From an uncultured Candidatus Saccharibacteria bacterium (GTDB lineage: Bacteria > Patescibacteriota > Saccharimonadia > Saccharimonadales > CAYZZS01), in assembly GCA_964483035.1 (NCBI GenBank), contig CAYZZS010000002.1, forward strand, positions 24,872 through 88,871: 64,000 nucleotides of DNA, given 5' to 3'. Under the pieces are notes generated by a model. That model saw only the letters and a list, made by a program, of their open reading frames with translations, had not been told where the DNA came from and did not search any database. The position numbers and the translations under genes were made by a program. Numbering within the stretch: the first letter of the stretch is position 1; every line of letters begins with the position of its first letter. Below are positions 47,313-57,045 of the stretch, piece by piece.

Positions 47313-48410
47313 ATGGAAGAGCCTACTACTGCCAATGAGATCAAAGAGCAAGCTGCGCCGGAAGAGGTGCAGGATGAGTCAAAAGAAACTTTGACCGCGG
47401 CGATTTTACAGGATTTGCCGGCGGCGAACGAGGACGGATATCAGGAAACGGATATCTTTGCCTGGGCGAATAATCTGGTGCAATATGTCGAGGACCTCAA
47501 GATAAACCTGTATTTCTTCAATAGGAATTATATTGTCTACAAGACCAAGCTGGCTGGCGAGGTGGCGCGGCAGCTCAGGCCGCTATTTATCGATGAAATC
47601 CTGGAGTACATCTTGGGCGGCATAGAGAAGGGGCTGGTGGTTCGCGGCTTCGAGGAAGCAGAATCTGAGGAATTGGTACTACAGCGCACGCGCGTTAAGA
47701 ATGTCGACAAGCTGGTTGAGGTGCTCAACTGGCTTAAGACCCAGTCGCACGAGATCGAGACGTTCGTTGAGGAGGAGCATGACCTAAAGCGTATCAAGGG
47801 GGTTATAGCCCAGTGTACCGCCGAGGGTTTGGAGGCACCGTTTTACCTGATCAAAAGCCTGCCGACCACCCAGGTCATGAAAGGGCACACTGCCTGGATG
47901 CTGAAGGACGGGACATTCAAGCCCTTCGATAATATGAGCGCGCTGAAGATACCCGGAGAAAACCAACTACTAGTAGTTGGACAGGACCTGTTTGTCTTTA
48001 ATCAGGCAAAACTGAAGTCACTGTTTGGTTATGACGCCAAGGCCGCCAGTATCGCTGCTAAGAAGGTGGCAGAGATTGAGGCGAACTTCAAACTCAGCTT
48101 TAGTGAGGGTGCTAGCTTGCAGTCTTTGGTCAAGGGTAAGCCGGCGGCTATTAAGAAACTGCAGAAGATTGAGCCCAGCCTGGTCAAGCAGCAGGACCTG
48201 ATTGACCATTCGGATGAGCTGGGGGTGGGGCTGATGACCGATGATGACGGCTCGATAATTATCATGGATGACAAAGATCTGGTGCGGTTCGTGAACCTGC
48301 TTAATGACGACTATATCGAGTCGCCAATGACCGGCCAGCGGTATGAAATCATCAAGAAGAGGCCGCTCAAGCCAGCGGACGAAGAAGAGCTGCTCAAACA
48401 AGTTCTGTAG
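47313..48410 (+). CDS. DUF4868 / Kiwa KwaB-like protein
   Basis: C-terminal FNQAKLKSLFGY...FVNLLNDDYIES.MTGQRY pattern recalled for this family. Confidence 0.65.
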   Translation: MEEPTTANEIKEQAAPEEVQDESKETLTAAILQDLPAANEDGYQETDIFAWANNLVQYVEDLKINLYFFNRNYIVYKTKLAGEVARQLRPLFIDEILEYILGGIEKGLVVRGFEEAESEELVLQRTRVKNVDKLVEVLNWLKTQSHEIETFVEEEHDLKRIKGVIAQCTAEGLEAPFYLIKSLPTTQVMKGHTAWMLKDGTFKPFDNMSALKIPGENQLLVVGQDLFVFNQAKLKSLFGYDAKAASIAAKKVAEIEANFKLSFSEGASLQSLVKGKPAAIKKLQKIEPSLVKQQDLIDHSDELGVGLMTDDDGSIIIMDDKDLVRFVNLLNDDYIESPMTGQRYEIIKKRPLKPADEEELLKQVL

Positions 48411-48432
48411 GCAGGTGGTTTTTTACGAGATC

Positions 48433-48876
48433 TTAATAAGTATCTAGGTATGTCCGCGTTTCGTTATAGAGGGGGCGCATACGTAATTTTTCCGATATGG
48501 CTAATTCGGCGATGCGCTGTATGGATTTGTGGCGCTCTTGATGGAGTGTTATTGGTTCGTATGCTTCGCTTTCGATGATTGTTGTCAGATTATGGCCGTG
48601 TTGGGCAAGCTCCTCCCGGACGCTGCTGCGCCTCAGGAGCGCCCTGATTCTGTCGCTCAGTTTACCGCTCAGCTGGCCAACGACAGTGATGTGGATGTCC
48701 CGGATGTTGGCATCTATCCTCCCCTCGAGTATTCGCAGCGGATCCGGTTCGTATGATGACAGCTTGACTGAGTTGACCGAGGCGGCGGTTTCCGGCTGGC
48801 GCATCATGAGGTTATCAAGCGCCATAAAGGCCTCGGCGAACCGGTCTGCTTCGGGTCGTTGCTCGTGTATGGTCAT
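48433..48876 (-). CDS. Hypothetical protein
   Basis: 147-aa ORF filling the gap; no recognised motif. Confidence 0.5.
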   Translation of the reverse strand: MTIHEQRPEADRFAEAFMALDNLMMRQPETAASVNSVKLSSYEPDPLRILEGRIDANIRDIHITVVGQLSGKLSDRIRALLRRSSVREELAQHGHNLTTIIESEAYEPITLHQERHKSIQRIAELAISEKLRMRPLYNETRTYLDTY

Positions 48877-48993
48877 AGTCGCTGTTTAGGGTAGCAGCGG
48901 TGGGGGGGTTTCGCAAACTATGAGATGATGCCGTACATTTTCAAGCTCGCTTATGTTTGCAATTGTTGATAATACATGGCAAGCTAGCCACGT

Positions 48994-49671
48994 ATGACAG
49001 TAAGCGGCGATATTCCACGCAGCGATAAGTACAGGTATGAAGTCCCTCTGGACAAGGCAGAGGTTATGGCTCTCCGTGATGACGTGATATGGCCGGCGGC
49101 CAATCAAGCGTGGGGCGGTGATTTTCTGCACGAGTCAAATCATTTGGAAAGCGCTGTAATCAGCCGCAAGCGCCAGCGGGCAAATGGCCTGGCGCGCTTT
49201 GCCTTGAAGTTGGAGTGTTGGCTGGATAGTGGCGACGATGACCTGGAGGACGCTGACATGGTTCGCTCAGCAACACTCAGTATCGCCGAGCACATTCCGG
49301 AATTGAACCGTGAGCTGCACAAGGCGGCTGGTTTTGTTACGCATGAAACGGAAGAGTGGGATGACGATGATAACGAAAATGCAATGCAAGCCTGGAGGGT
49401 GACGAAGTACATCTTTGAAGTTCCGTCAGACGCTGTGGTGAATAAGTTCGAAGAGTATCAGCTGTGGGATCATTATGATGAAGTGGCGTGGAATGACCGA
49501 GAGGAAACGATTAGTAATATAACTGATGAGCTGGATGAGGAAGTTCGCAAGCAGCTGGACGAGGTGCTTGAGGGGTATATCGATGCCTGGTACGAAACAA
49601 TCACGTACCGTGACATCAGAAATATCATCGAAGCGATTGCCGGTCTCGGCATGTTACGGGATACTGCATAA
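48994..49671 (+). CDS. Hypothetical highly acidic protein
   Basis: 225-aa Asp/Glu-rich ORF. Confidence 0.65.
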   Translation: MTVSGDIPRSDKYRYEVPLDKAEVMALRDDVIWPAANQAWGGDFLHESNHLESAVISRKRQRANGLARFALKLECWLDSGDDDLEDADMVRSATLSIAEHIPELNRELHKAAGFVTHETEEWDDDDNENAMQAWRVTKYIFEVPSDAVVNKFEEYQLWDHYDEVAWNDREETISNITDELDEEVRKQLDEVLEGYIDAWYETITYRDIRNIIEAIAGLGMLRDTA

Positions 49672-49698
49672 TTCAATCATTCGAGGAGTACTTGCGCG

Positions 49699-50433
49699 AT
49701 GCAAAAGCGATTGATTCGGGAGTTTGAAGCGATAGCCTTTGACTTTGACGGCACGCTAGCTGATACCGAGCGGACACACATGGCAGCGAGGATCGAAGCG
49801 TACCGACAGCTTGGGGACGAGCTTGGTGATGAGCGCTACGCTGCTATTTCCGTGCGCGTTCACGAAGCGGCATCGCTGCACGGCAGTCATCCGGAGTCTA
49901 TCAACGCCTGGATTATGAGGCAGGCCGGTATTGTCAGTGATGCTCAGGATGAGCGGGTGCACGCTGTCGTAGAGCGAAAAAATCAGTTGTACTGGGAGAT
50001 TACAGCTAGGGGCATGGATGAGGTCCCGGGCGCGGTCCGGTTTGTCCGCAAGGCAGCAGTTCGCCGTCCCGGGAAACTGGCGATCGTCACGACTGCACAC
50101 CGGCAGCAGGAGGTTATGCCGTTTCTGATGCGCCATAAACTGAATCGGACATTTCCTGATGCGAGCATTGTAGCGAGAGAAGACGTTGAGCACCTGAAGC
50201 CGCACCCGGAGGGCTATGAGCGCGCTGCAGAAATATTGCGAGTCAAGTCAGCGGAGCGACTGCTGGTCATTGAGGACAGTCCGAGGGGTATTGAGTCAGC
50301 GAAAGCTGCCGGAGCCTTCGTGGTTGGCATAATGACCACACGCACCGCTGCTGAGTTGGCCGGAGCTGACGTGCAGCATAAACCAAACGCCATTGCCCGC
50401 AATTACGATGAGCTGGCAGAAATGGTGCTATGA
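49699..50433 (+). CDS. HAD-family phosphatase (beta-PGM-like)
   Basis: FDFDGTLADT, KPHPEGY, VIEDSPRGIESA. Confidence 0.88.
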   Translation: MQKRLIREFEAIAFDFDGTLADTERTHMAARIEAYRQLGDELGDERYAAISVRVHEAASLHGSHPESINAWIMRQAGIVSDAQDERVHAVVERKNQLYWEITARGMDEVPGAVRFVRKAAVRRPGKLAIVTTAHRQQEVMPFLMRHKLNRTFPDASIVAREDVEHLKPHPEGYERAAEILRVKSAERLLVIEDSPRGIESAKAAGAFVVGIMTTRTAAELAGADVQHKPNAIARNYDELAEMVL

Positions 50434-50443
50434 TTAGTGCAAT

Positions 50444-51025
50444 ATGGCGGTAATACTGCTCCGACACGGTGAAAGTCAGGCAAACCACAGTGGGGTTTTT
50501 GCTGGGTCGCAAGCTGATCCCAGTCTGACTGACCGGGGTAGAATCCAGGCATTCAACGCCGGATGGCGGCTGAATAAACTGGCAAAGTTTGATCGGATAA
50601 TAACTTCGCCTGCCAGCCGAACCCGAGAGACGGCGGATATCGTCAAGCGAGAGATCGGGGTGTGGGATGTGCAAATTGATCCGCGGCTTGTGGAATATGA
50701 CACTGGGGCCATGACTGGCCGCTGTCCCGAGGAGTTGGGCGAGCGCTCTATTCACACGGTTCCTGGGGCAGAGAATGTGTACGGCTTTGTAAACCGCACG
50801 GTTGAAGCCGTGCTCGATCATCAGGATGTGCCGGTTAATACATTGATAATCGCGCATCGGGGGACCAGTATGGTGGTTGCCGGACTGCTAAAGGGGCTTG
50901 ATCCGCAAGATCTCTATGACCATGCTCCCTCCCTTGAGAATGGGGAGTTTATGAGTGTGGATGTGGCGGCATTGGGCTCTGTTGTGCTAAGCCTGTCAAC
51001 AATGGATCGACCAGCCGTCACATGA
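50444..51025 (+). CDS. Histidine phosphatase (phosphoglycerate mutase family)
   Basis: LRHGES, SPASRTRETA, RLVEYDTG, IAHRG. Confidence 0.88.
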   Translation: MAVILLRHGESQANHSGVFAGSQADPSLTDRGRIQAFNAGWRLNKLAKFDRIITSPASRTRETADIVKREIGVWDVQIDPRLVEYDTGAMTGRCPEELGERSIHTVPGAENVYGFVNRTVEAVLDHQDVPVNTLIIAHRGTSMVVAGLLKGLDPQDLYDHAPSLENGEFMSVDVAALGSVVLSLSTMDRPAVT

Positions 51026-51105
51026 TAATCAACTTGCAAAATTAACAAACTTATGCTAATATACGTTTTGTTACTACAAAAACAAATAACAACTAAGCAG
51101 CTATC

Positions 51106-51525
51106 ATGAGTAAAGAGCAGGAATTATTTTTACCAGAAGTAGATAAAACCCAAGAGAAGTTCAATGAATTTGTTGAACGCGGGGAAGAAGACAAGGATCG
51201 AATAAAAGATTTAAAGCGCTTGACTGGAGCGACCAGCGACAAAGAGCTCAGTCATATAGACACAGCAGCGCAAGTGCGCTTGCGGAAAGAGATGCAGGGT
51301 GAGCTATCGCAGCTGGAGGCAGCTTATCCTCGTGCGCTAGGTTCGTTTATTGCAGAAAAGGCAGTCTCTGTCGTTCCGGTGACGCCTGAAGCGGACACCT
51401 ATCCGCTTCACGATCAGATTGATATTTCAGAGACTGCGGAAGAGTTGGCTAAAGAAGCGTCAGACTACCTGCAGTTGCAGAATCCCGGGGCTTCTGAAGC
51501 TGGAAATCCCCATTCAATAACATAA
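51106..51525 (+). CDS. Hypothetical protein
   Basis: 139 aa; upstream TTGCAA...TGcTAATAT promoter and A/C-rich leader. Confidence 0.6.
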   Translation: MSKEQELFLPEVDKTQEKFNEFVERGEEDKDRIKDLKRLTGATSDKELSHIDTAAQVRLRKEMQGELSQLEAAYPRALGSFIAEKAVSVVPVTPEADTYPLHDQIDISETAEELAKEASDYLQLQNPGASEAGNPHSIT

Positions 51526-51549
51526 GCACTATAAGCTATAATTAGGTTA

Positions 51550-52374
51550 ATGGATCATACGACCCGACAGGGAATGCAATTTATTGCGCAGATGCGCGCT
51601 CAGGGTATGAGTGACGAAATGATTCGTCAGCAGCTTTTGGGTGCCGGCTGGCCGATGGACGTCGTGCAGCGGCTGATGATTTCCGCAATGCGAACCCAAA
51701 GTGCGCCGGTCAAGAAGAGTAGCGGCCTGCTGCTGCCATTGGTCATCGGTCTGGTGGTGGTGCTGGCCGTAGGTGCGGGCGGCGCAGTGTGGTATCTGAC
51801 TAGTCAGCAGCAGGAGCCCGAAAATCATGGGGCAACCCAGAACCAGCAACAGCAAGATGAGACGAATCCGGGAGTGCAAACCGAACCTCCCGGGACGAGC
51901 GGCGGAGAGGAATTGCTCGCCACCTTCACCGACTCGAATTTTTCTATTGATTTGCCGCAATCGTGGTTTGAGGACAGCAAGTACAAGACGGGCGCAGAGC
52001 AGGTGTCATTCTTTAGTCCAGAGCATTTGGTCGACGAGAACCGTGAGAAAGCGGCTACGATGAAGATTTCGGTCAGTACCGACATGACTACCGACCGCCT
52101 GGCTAAACGCCTGGAGTCGATCACACAGCAGGGCGGCACGTATCAGGCAGCAATGGATGAGCCGATTTTTCTCGGCGGCAAAACCGGCCGGATTATTGAT
52201 ATTGTCTATACGACTGCCCAGCAGCCAGACAAGCAGGTGCGGTTGATGATGCTGGATGTGCCGGGGACTAGCATGCGCTACTTTGTAGAAGTTACTGGCA
52301 ATAACGTCCACTGGGAAACACTGCATGCCGCCAAGGCCGATATGATGCTACGGTCATTTAGGCAGCTGCGCTAG
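51550..52374 (+). CDS. Single-TM protein with N-terminal helical GW motif and C-terminal PsbP-like domain
   Basis: QGMSDEMIRQQLLGAGWP; TM helix; FSIDLPQSW...LGGKTG...MLRSFR. Confidence 0.68.
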   Translation: MDHTTRQGMQFIAQMRAQGMSDEMIRQQLLGAGWPMDVVQRLMISAMRTQSAPVKKSSGLLLPLVIGLVVVLAVGAGGAVWYLTSQQQEPENHGATQNQQQQDETNPGVQTEPPGTSGGEELLATFTDSNFSIDLPQSWFEDSKYKTGAEQVSFFSPEHLVDENREKAATMKISVSTDMTTDRLAKRLESITQQGGTYQAAMDEPIFLGGKTGRIIDIVYTTAQQPDKQVRLMMLDVPGTSMRYFVEVTGNNVHWETLHAAKADMMLRSFRQLR

Positions 52375-52393
52375 TTGCTTATACTATAGAAGT

Positions 52394-53005
52394 ATGAATC
52401 CGGAAGTAGATGCTTACATACGGTCACTTGACGCACCTTGGAAGCAGGAAATTATGCGTACGCTCAGAGACTGCGTGCACGAAGCCGACCCCGAGATCAC
52501 CGAGGCGATCAAATGGGGAGCGCCCGCGTTTGAGCATAGCGGTCCAGTCGCCTGGATGTTTGCAGCGACGGAGTGGGCGCATTTCAGCTTTCCCCAGGGA
52601 GCGCTGCTGGATCAGAGCCACGGCCAGTTCGAGGAGGGGCCTGAGACTGAGAAAAAGGGCAAACGCACGCTCAAATTCAGGGCGGATGATACGATTCCGG
52701 TAGATCTAGTGATCCGACTGACCCGCCAGGCGGTACAGAACAATCTGAAGGGTAAGCGGGTGAGCTTTGGCGTCGCTAAGCCTGGCGTGCGCACATTTGA
52801 CCTGCCGCACGAGTATGAAGTGTGGCTGACGGAGCACGGACTGCTTGCGGAGTATCGTGAACGGCCCTATTACCAGCAGAAGGGCTGGATTCAGTGGATC
52901 GAGTCTGCCAAACGGGAGCAGACAAAAAGCAGGCGCCGGGATACCATGCTCGGTGAGCTTCGGGATGGGACGTACATGCCACCGAAGAACAGCAGTGGCC
53001 AGTAG
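52394..53005 (+). CDS. DUF1801 plus YdeI/OmdA domain protein
   Basis: VDAYI, EAIKWGAPAF; C-terminal WIESAKREQTKSRR. Confidence 0.82.
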   Translation: MNPEVDAYIRSLDAPWKQEIMRTLRDCVHEADPEITEAIKWGAPAFEHSGPVAWMFAATEWAHFSFPQGALLDQSHGQFEEGPETEKKGKRTLKFRADDTIPVDLVIRLTRQAVQNNLKGKRVSFGVAKPGVRTFDLPHEYEVWLTEHGLLAEYRERPYYQQKGWIQWIESAKREQTKSRRRDTMLGELRDGTYMPPKNSSGQ

Positions 53006-53065
53006 GGTTTTGTTTGCAACAGTGCACGACAGTAGTATAGTAAAAGTAATAGTCTAGGTAATATT

Positions 53066-53629
53066 TTGGAAAAAGTTAAAAGAAGATTTTATAACACAAT
53101 TTTTATGGCCGGCCTGATCGGTTCTATGGCGCTCGGCCATGAGATCGGACGGCGGTCCAATAATGTGCCGGAGTCTGACGTGCTGGATGCAAAAGGGGCG
53201 ATGGTGCGTGAGCAGTTCGGGTACATCCTGCTACCGGAGGCCGATGACTGCGAACGGGAAGCGCTCAGATCTATATTCGAGGGTACGATTAACGGTCAGC
53301 CAAGTAGCGAGCTACAGATGGCACGAACCAGCCGGGAAGGGACTATGACGGTGCTGGACGCGCAGTGCGGTTCGGCAGATTCGATGGAACGTGCCGATTT
53401 AGCCGCAGCAGCGGTTTCACAATTCGAGTACTCTGAAGACCTGCGGCAGGTGTACCTAAATAAGCAGGAGGCATCGGTGTATGAGATGGATGAGCGGATC
53501 CTATTTACAGCTCTAGGCGGACTGGCCATGGCGCTGCCAGCAACTTTAGCTTTGGCCTTCCGAAAAAGAAGCGGACAGCCTCGGCCAGCAGAAGTTGAAG
53601 CGCCGAGAGAGGAAGCAGTGGTATCATGA
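53066..53629 (+). CDS. Hypothetical membrane protein
   Basis: N- and C-terminal hydrophobic segments; ATGA overlap with the next gene. Confidence 0.6.
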   Translation: MEKVKRRFYNTIFMAGLIGSMALGHEIGRRSNNVPESDVLDAKGAMVREQFGYILLPEADDCEREALRSIFEGTINGQPSSELQMARTSREGTMTVLDAQCGSADSMERADLAAAAVSQFEYSEDLRQVYLNKQEASVYEMDERILFTALGGLAMALPATLALAFRKRSGQPRPAEVEAPREEAVVS

Positions 53630-54255
53630 AAGGCAGGATGACCCGGAAACTAACCCAGAAAAAAAACCAGCGACCGGAGCGGGTGTTTGCCTTTATTGAT
53701 AGCCAGAACCTGAACTTAGGCAGTCAAAAGATGGGCTGGAAGGTTGACTGGGCGAAGTTTCGTAAGTACCTGCAGGACAAATACGGGGTAAGCCGGGCCT
53801 ATCTGTTTATCGGCTATGTACCGGAGTACGAACCGATGTACGAGCAGTTGCACGAGGCTGGGTATTTGATCGTACTGAAGCCAACGGTTGAGCTAACCCA
53901 GCCGCACAAGCACGACAATGGCCACTCTGAGCAGAAGGACGACAACGGCAAGGAGTCGAAGCCGACCATCAAGGGTAATATTGATGTCGAGTTGGTGCTT
54001 TATGCCATGAAAGAGATGCCGAATTACGATAAGGCGATTATCGTATCCGGTGACGGTGATTTCCATGCACTGGTGGAGTATCTGGCTAACAAGAAGCGTC
54101 TGCTGCACCTGATGACACCGAACTGGCAGTACTCTAGTCTACTCAAAGAGTTTGACGACTACATTATCCGCCTGGACGAGCATCGCCGCGAGCTGGCGTA
54201 CCGCGACCGGCGGACCCGCAAAATCAGCAAGCCCAAGAAAGCCAAAACCGAGTGA
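53626..54255 (+). CDS. NYN domain (LabA/DUF88) protein
   Basis: FIDSQNL, KGNIDVELV, IVSGDGDF. Confidence 0.88.
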   Translation: MKGRMTRKLTQKKNQRPERVFAFIDSQNLNLGSQKMGWKVDWAKFRKYLQDKYGVSRAYLFIGYVPEYEPMYEQLHEAGYLIVLKPTVELTQPHKHDNGHSEQKDDNGKESKPTIKGNIDVELVLYAMKEMPNYDKAIIVSGDGDFHALVEYLANKKRLLHLMTPNWQYSSLLKEFDDYIIRLDEHRRELAYRDRRTRKISKPKKAKTE

Positions 54256-54271
54256 TTGCTATAATGAAGCG

Positions 54272-54838
54272 ATGAAGCCTGGCAAGTCAAAGATTCCACC
54301 TCATGCCAAGCGGGTATTTGAAGGAGTTATTTACGAAATCTACCAATGGCAGCAGGAGATGTTCGACGGCTCGATTGAGACGTTTGAAGTAGCCAGACGG
54401 GCCGATGTGGTCAGTGTCATACCGGTTGTCGACGATCAAATATTGATTCTGCACGAGGAGCAACCGCATCATGGCAGCCGCATCAGTTTCCCAGGCGGCC
54501 GTATAGAGCCGGGCGAGGATCCGTTCACGGCAGCTCATCGGGAGCTGCGCGAAGAGACCGGCATGAAGTTTGGAAAACTGAAGCTGGTAATGATTGAAGA
54601 TATCGGTGGCGGCAAGCTGGATTGGACAGCGTATCGTTTTGTTGCCACCGATTTGATTGCAACCGAAGAGCAGCAGCAGGACCCGGGGGAGCGGATCCAG
54701 CCCGAGCTGGTTAGCTTTAGTAAGGCCAAGGAGAATTCGGTCGGCAATCTCTTTATGTCACTCGAAGTTATGAGTCAGGTGGAGTCGCTTGAGGCTCTGC
54801 TGGCCCTGCCGGCGGTGGAGCTGCCGGAGGCGGGCTGA
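54272..54838 (+). CDS. NUDIX hydrolase
   Basis: GGRIEPGEDPFTAAHRELREETG; ATG 54272 lies 6 nt after TATAAT. Confidence 0.88.
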   Translation: MKPGKSKIPPHAKRVFEGVIYEIYQWQQEMFDGSIETFEVARRADVVSVIPVVDDQILILHEEQPHHGSRISFPGGRIEPGEDPFTAAHRELREETGMKFGKLKLVMIEDIGGGKLDWTAYRFVATDLIATEEQQQDPGERIQPELVSFSKAKENSVGNLFMSLEVMSQVESLEALLALPAVELPEAG

Positions 54839-54876
54839 TTGGCCGTAAGGCTGCTATACTAAATATTAAGACGCAT

Positions 54877-56133
54877 ATGGCTAAACATTTATTTCCAAAG
54901 GATTTTTTGTGGGGTGCCAGCACGGCAAGCCACCAGGTAGAGGGCGGTAATACCAACCAGTGGTCCGTCTGGGAGTTGGCAAACGCTCAGGAGCTGGCCA
55001 GAACAGCAAAAGCGCGGCTGGACTGGATGCCGAAATGGCCGGAGATCAAGGATGTTGCTCGTGACCCTGACAACTATGTTTCGGGCCGCGGTGTCGAGCA
55101 CTATAAGCGCTACAAACTAGACTTCGATATCGTCCGCAAGCTGAATCTCAACGCCTTCCGGTTTGGCATCGAGTGGGCCAGGATTGAGCCGCAAGAAGGG
55201 GTGTGGAGTCTGGAGGCGGTCGAGCATTACCGCGAGTATATCCGCGAAATGAAAGCGCGCGGTATCGAGCCAGTCCTGAACATTTGGCACTGGACAGTGC
55301 CAGTCTGGTTCGATGAGCTGGGCGGTTTTAAGAAGCGGAGTAATATCAAATACTTCGAACGCTTTGTCCGCAAAATTGCTGAGGAGTACGGCAAGGACAT
55401 CAACTACATCATCACCCTCAATGAGCCGAACGTTTTTGCCAGCTTTGGCTATCTAACGGGTGAGTGGCCACCACAGGAAAAGAGTGTCGTTAATTTTGTC
55501 AAAGTATATTGGAATCTGATGGTCGCGCATAAGCGGGCTTATACGATTATCAAGCGGCGCCGCAGTGGTATCCAGGTCGGCATCGCGCAGCAGCTAGCTA
55601 ACATCCAGCCAAAGCGACCGCATAACTACATTGACCATACGGCGACCAAATGGATGCGGTACTGGTGGAACTGGTGGTTTTTCAACCGCATCAAGCACTT
55701 CCAGGATTTCGTCGGCTTTAATTACTACTTTACTGACTACTACCAGGGGATTAGGCGGGCTAATCCGACCGTGCCGCTTAATGATCTGGCCTGGTATATG
55801 GAGCCGGAAGGTTTGCATCCGCTACTGGTGCGGGTTTGGGCGCATTACAAAAAGCCGATTATCGTTACTGAAAACGGCTTGGCTGATGCGAACGATGAGC
55901 ACCGACAGTGGTGGCTGCACGAGACGATGCTAGCCATGGAGCGTGCTATCAGCGAAGGAGTTGATGTGCGCGGCTACATGCACTGGAGTCTGCTTGATAA
56001 TTTTGAATGGAAGTACGGCTGGTGGCCGAAGTTCGGTTTAGTAGAAGTGGACCGCGAAAACGGTATGAAGCGCCGGGTGCGCCCCAGTGCAGTTTGGTGG
56101 GCGAAAGAGCTCAAGAGGATCCGCGGCCTGTAG
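54877..56133 (+). CDS. Glycoside hydrolase family 1 (beta-glucosidase-like)
   Basis: FLWGASTASHQVEG, TLNEP (acid/base), VTENG (nucleophile), WSLLDNFEW. Confidence 0.93.
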   Translation: MAKHLFPKDFLWGASTASHQVEGGNTNQWSVWELANAQELARTAKARLDWMPKWPEIKDVARDPDNYVSGRGVEHYKRYKLDFDIVRKLNLNAFRFGIEWARIEPQEGVWSLEAVEHYREYIREMKARGIEPVLNIWHWTVPVWFDELGGFKKRSNIKYFERFVRKIAEEYGKDINYIITLNEPNVFASFGYLTGEWPPQEKSVVNFVKVYWNLMVAHKRAYTIIKRRRSGIQVGIAQQLANIQPKRPHNYIDHTATKWMRYWWNWWFFNRIKHFQDFVGFNYYFTDYYQGIRRANPTVPLNDLAWYMEPEGLHPLLVRVWAHYKKPIIVTENGLADANDEHRQWWLHETMLAMERAISEGVDVRGYMHWSLLDNFEWKYGWWPKFGLVEVDRENGMKRRVRPSAVWWAKELKRIRGL

Positions 56134-56188
56134 CTAACTTTGCAATAAATTTGACATAAAACTAATATTGTGCTAATATGTAAGTGTT

Positions 56189-56356
56189 ATGTCAAAAAAC
56201 ACAAAACATACAACCAACAAAACACAAAAAAGTAACACCAGGCGTATGCCTGCCGGAGTGCTGGTCGGCGGCTTTGGCGATGAAGTCTATAGTGCCAAGT
56301 ATGGCCGCAGCAGCAGTGCGCCGGTCGTAGTTCTCTATAGGATTACGGGTATTTAA
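56189..56356 (+). CDS. Small basic hypothetical protein (55 aa, below the ORF-track cutoff)
   Basis: TTGACA, 17 nt spacer, TAATAT just upstream; MSKNTKHTTNKTQKSNTRRMPAGVLVGGFGDEVYSAKYGRSSSAPVVVLYRITGI. Confidence 0.45.
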   Translation: MSKNTKHTTNKTQKSNTRRMPAGVLVGGFGDEVYSAKYGRSSSAPVVVLYRITGI

Positions 56357-56504
56357 TCCTTCGCTATGGCCAAAGCGGCCGTGTATACAAAATAGCGTTG
56401 GGGCACGATAAGCAGTCACTACATGTATGGTGGCTGCTTATTTTTTGCCAAACTGTGGATAGTTTGGCCCATTTTATCTGAAAAAAGCTCATAAAGTACT
56501 TGCA

Positions 56505-56554
56505 AGTGGGTAATGGTGGGTAGTAAACTCATGTCAGTGGGTAATCGTGGGTAG
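56505..56554 (+). promoter_or_regulatory. MraZ binding site (dcw boxes)
   Basis: Four GTGGG boxes (56506, 56516, 56537, 56547) arranged as two AGTGGGTAAT(G/C)GTGGGTAG repeats upstream of mraZ. Confidence 0.8.
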
Positions 56555-56615
56555 CCCAAAAAGATGACTACCAACGACAAAAATAAAAACCACTAGCAAA
56601 TTAAAGGGACAACCT

Positions 56616-56975
56616 GTGGCAACGGTAGACTACTTCGAACGAAAGCTTGACGACAAGCGCCGGTTAACCATACCGGCGGAGCTTAGGGCTGAGTTCGCGA
56701 GCGGAGTAGTCATAACCCGGGGCTTCAAGCAGTACCTGCACCTGTATCCCAAATCAGTATGGGATGAAGAAGTAGAACCGCAACTGAAGGGAAGTATCCT
56801 GGACGAGCAGATTGCGGATCTTAACGTACAGTTCCGATCGGGCAAATGCGAGAGTCCGCTCGATCAGAAGCAGGGCAGGGTAACACTTGAGCAGCACTTG
56901 CTCGACTACGCGGCAATCGATCGTGATGTCGTAGCGGTGCGCGCAGGAAGGTACTGGCGGCTTATGGCGGCATAG
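56616..56975 (+). CDS. mraZ: Transcriptional regulator MraZ
   Basis: LDDKRRLTIPA..R, VITRG...LHLYP, LDQKQGRVTL; first gene of the dcw cluster. Confidence 0.88.
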   Translation: MATVDYFERKLDDKRRLTIPAELRAEFASGVVITRGFKQYLHLYPKSVWDEEVEPQLKGSILDEQIADLNVQFRSGKCESPLDQKQGRVTLEQHLLDYAAIDRDVVAVRAGRYWRLMAA

Positions 56976-57045
56976 TACGAAATTTGCGAACCAAGCAGCA
57001 CCTTAACAATCAGGCAAAAGACAGCACAAAACCGAATAATAGTAA

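Noticed and set aside
56454-56462. DnaA-box-like TGTGGATAG suggesting oriC
   Set aside because: A single mismatched box with no cluster and no dnaA/dnaN nearby
56505-56554. 19-bp direct repeats as a mini-CRISPR or iterons
   Set aside because: Only two units with a 12-nt gap; fully explained as MraZ boxes upstream of mraZ
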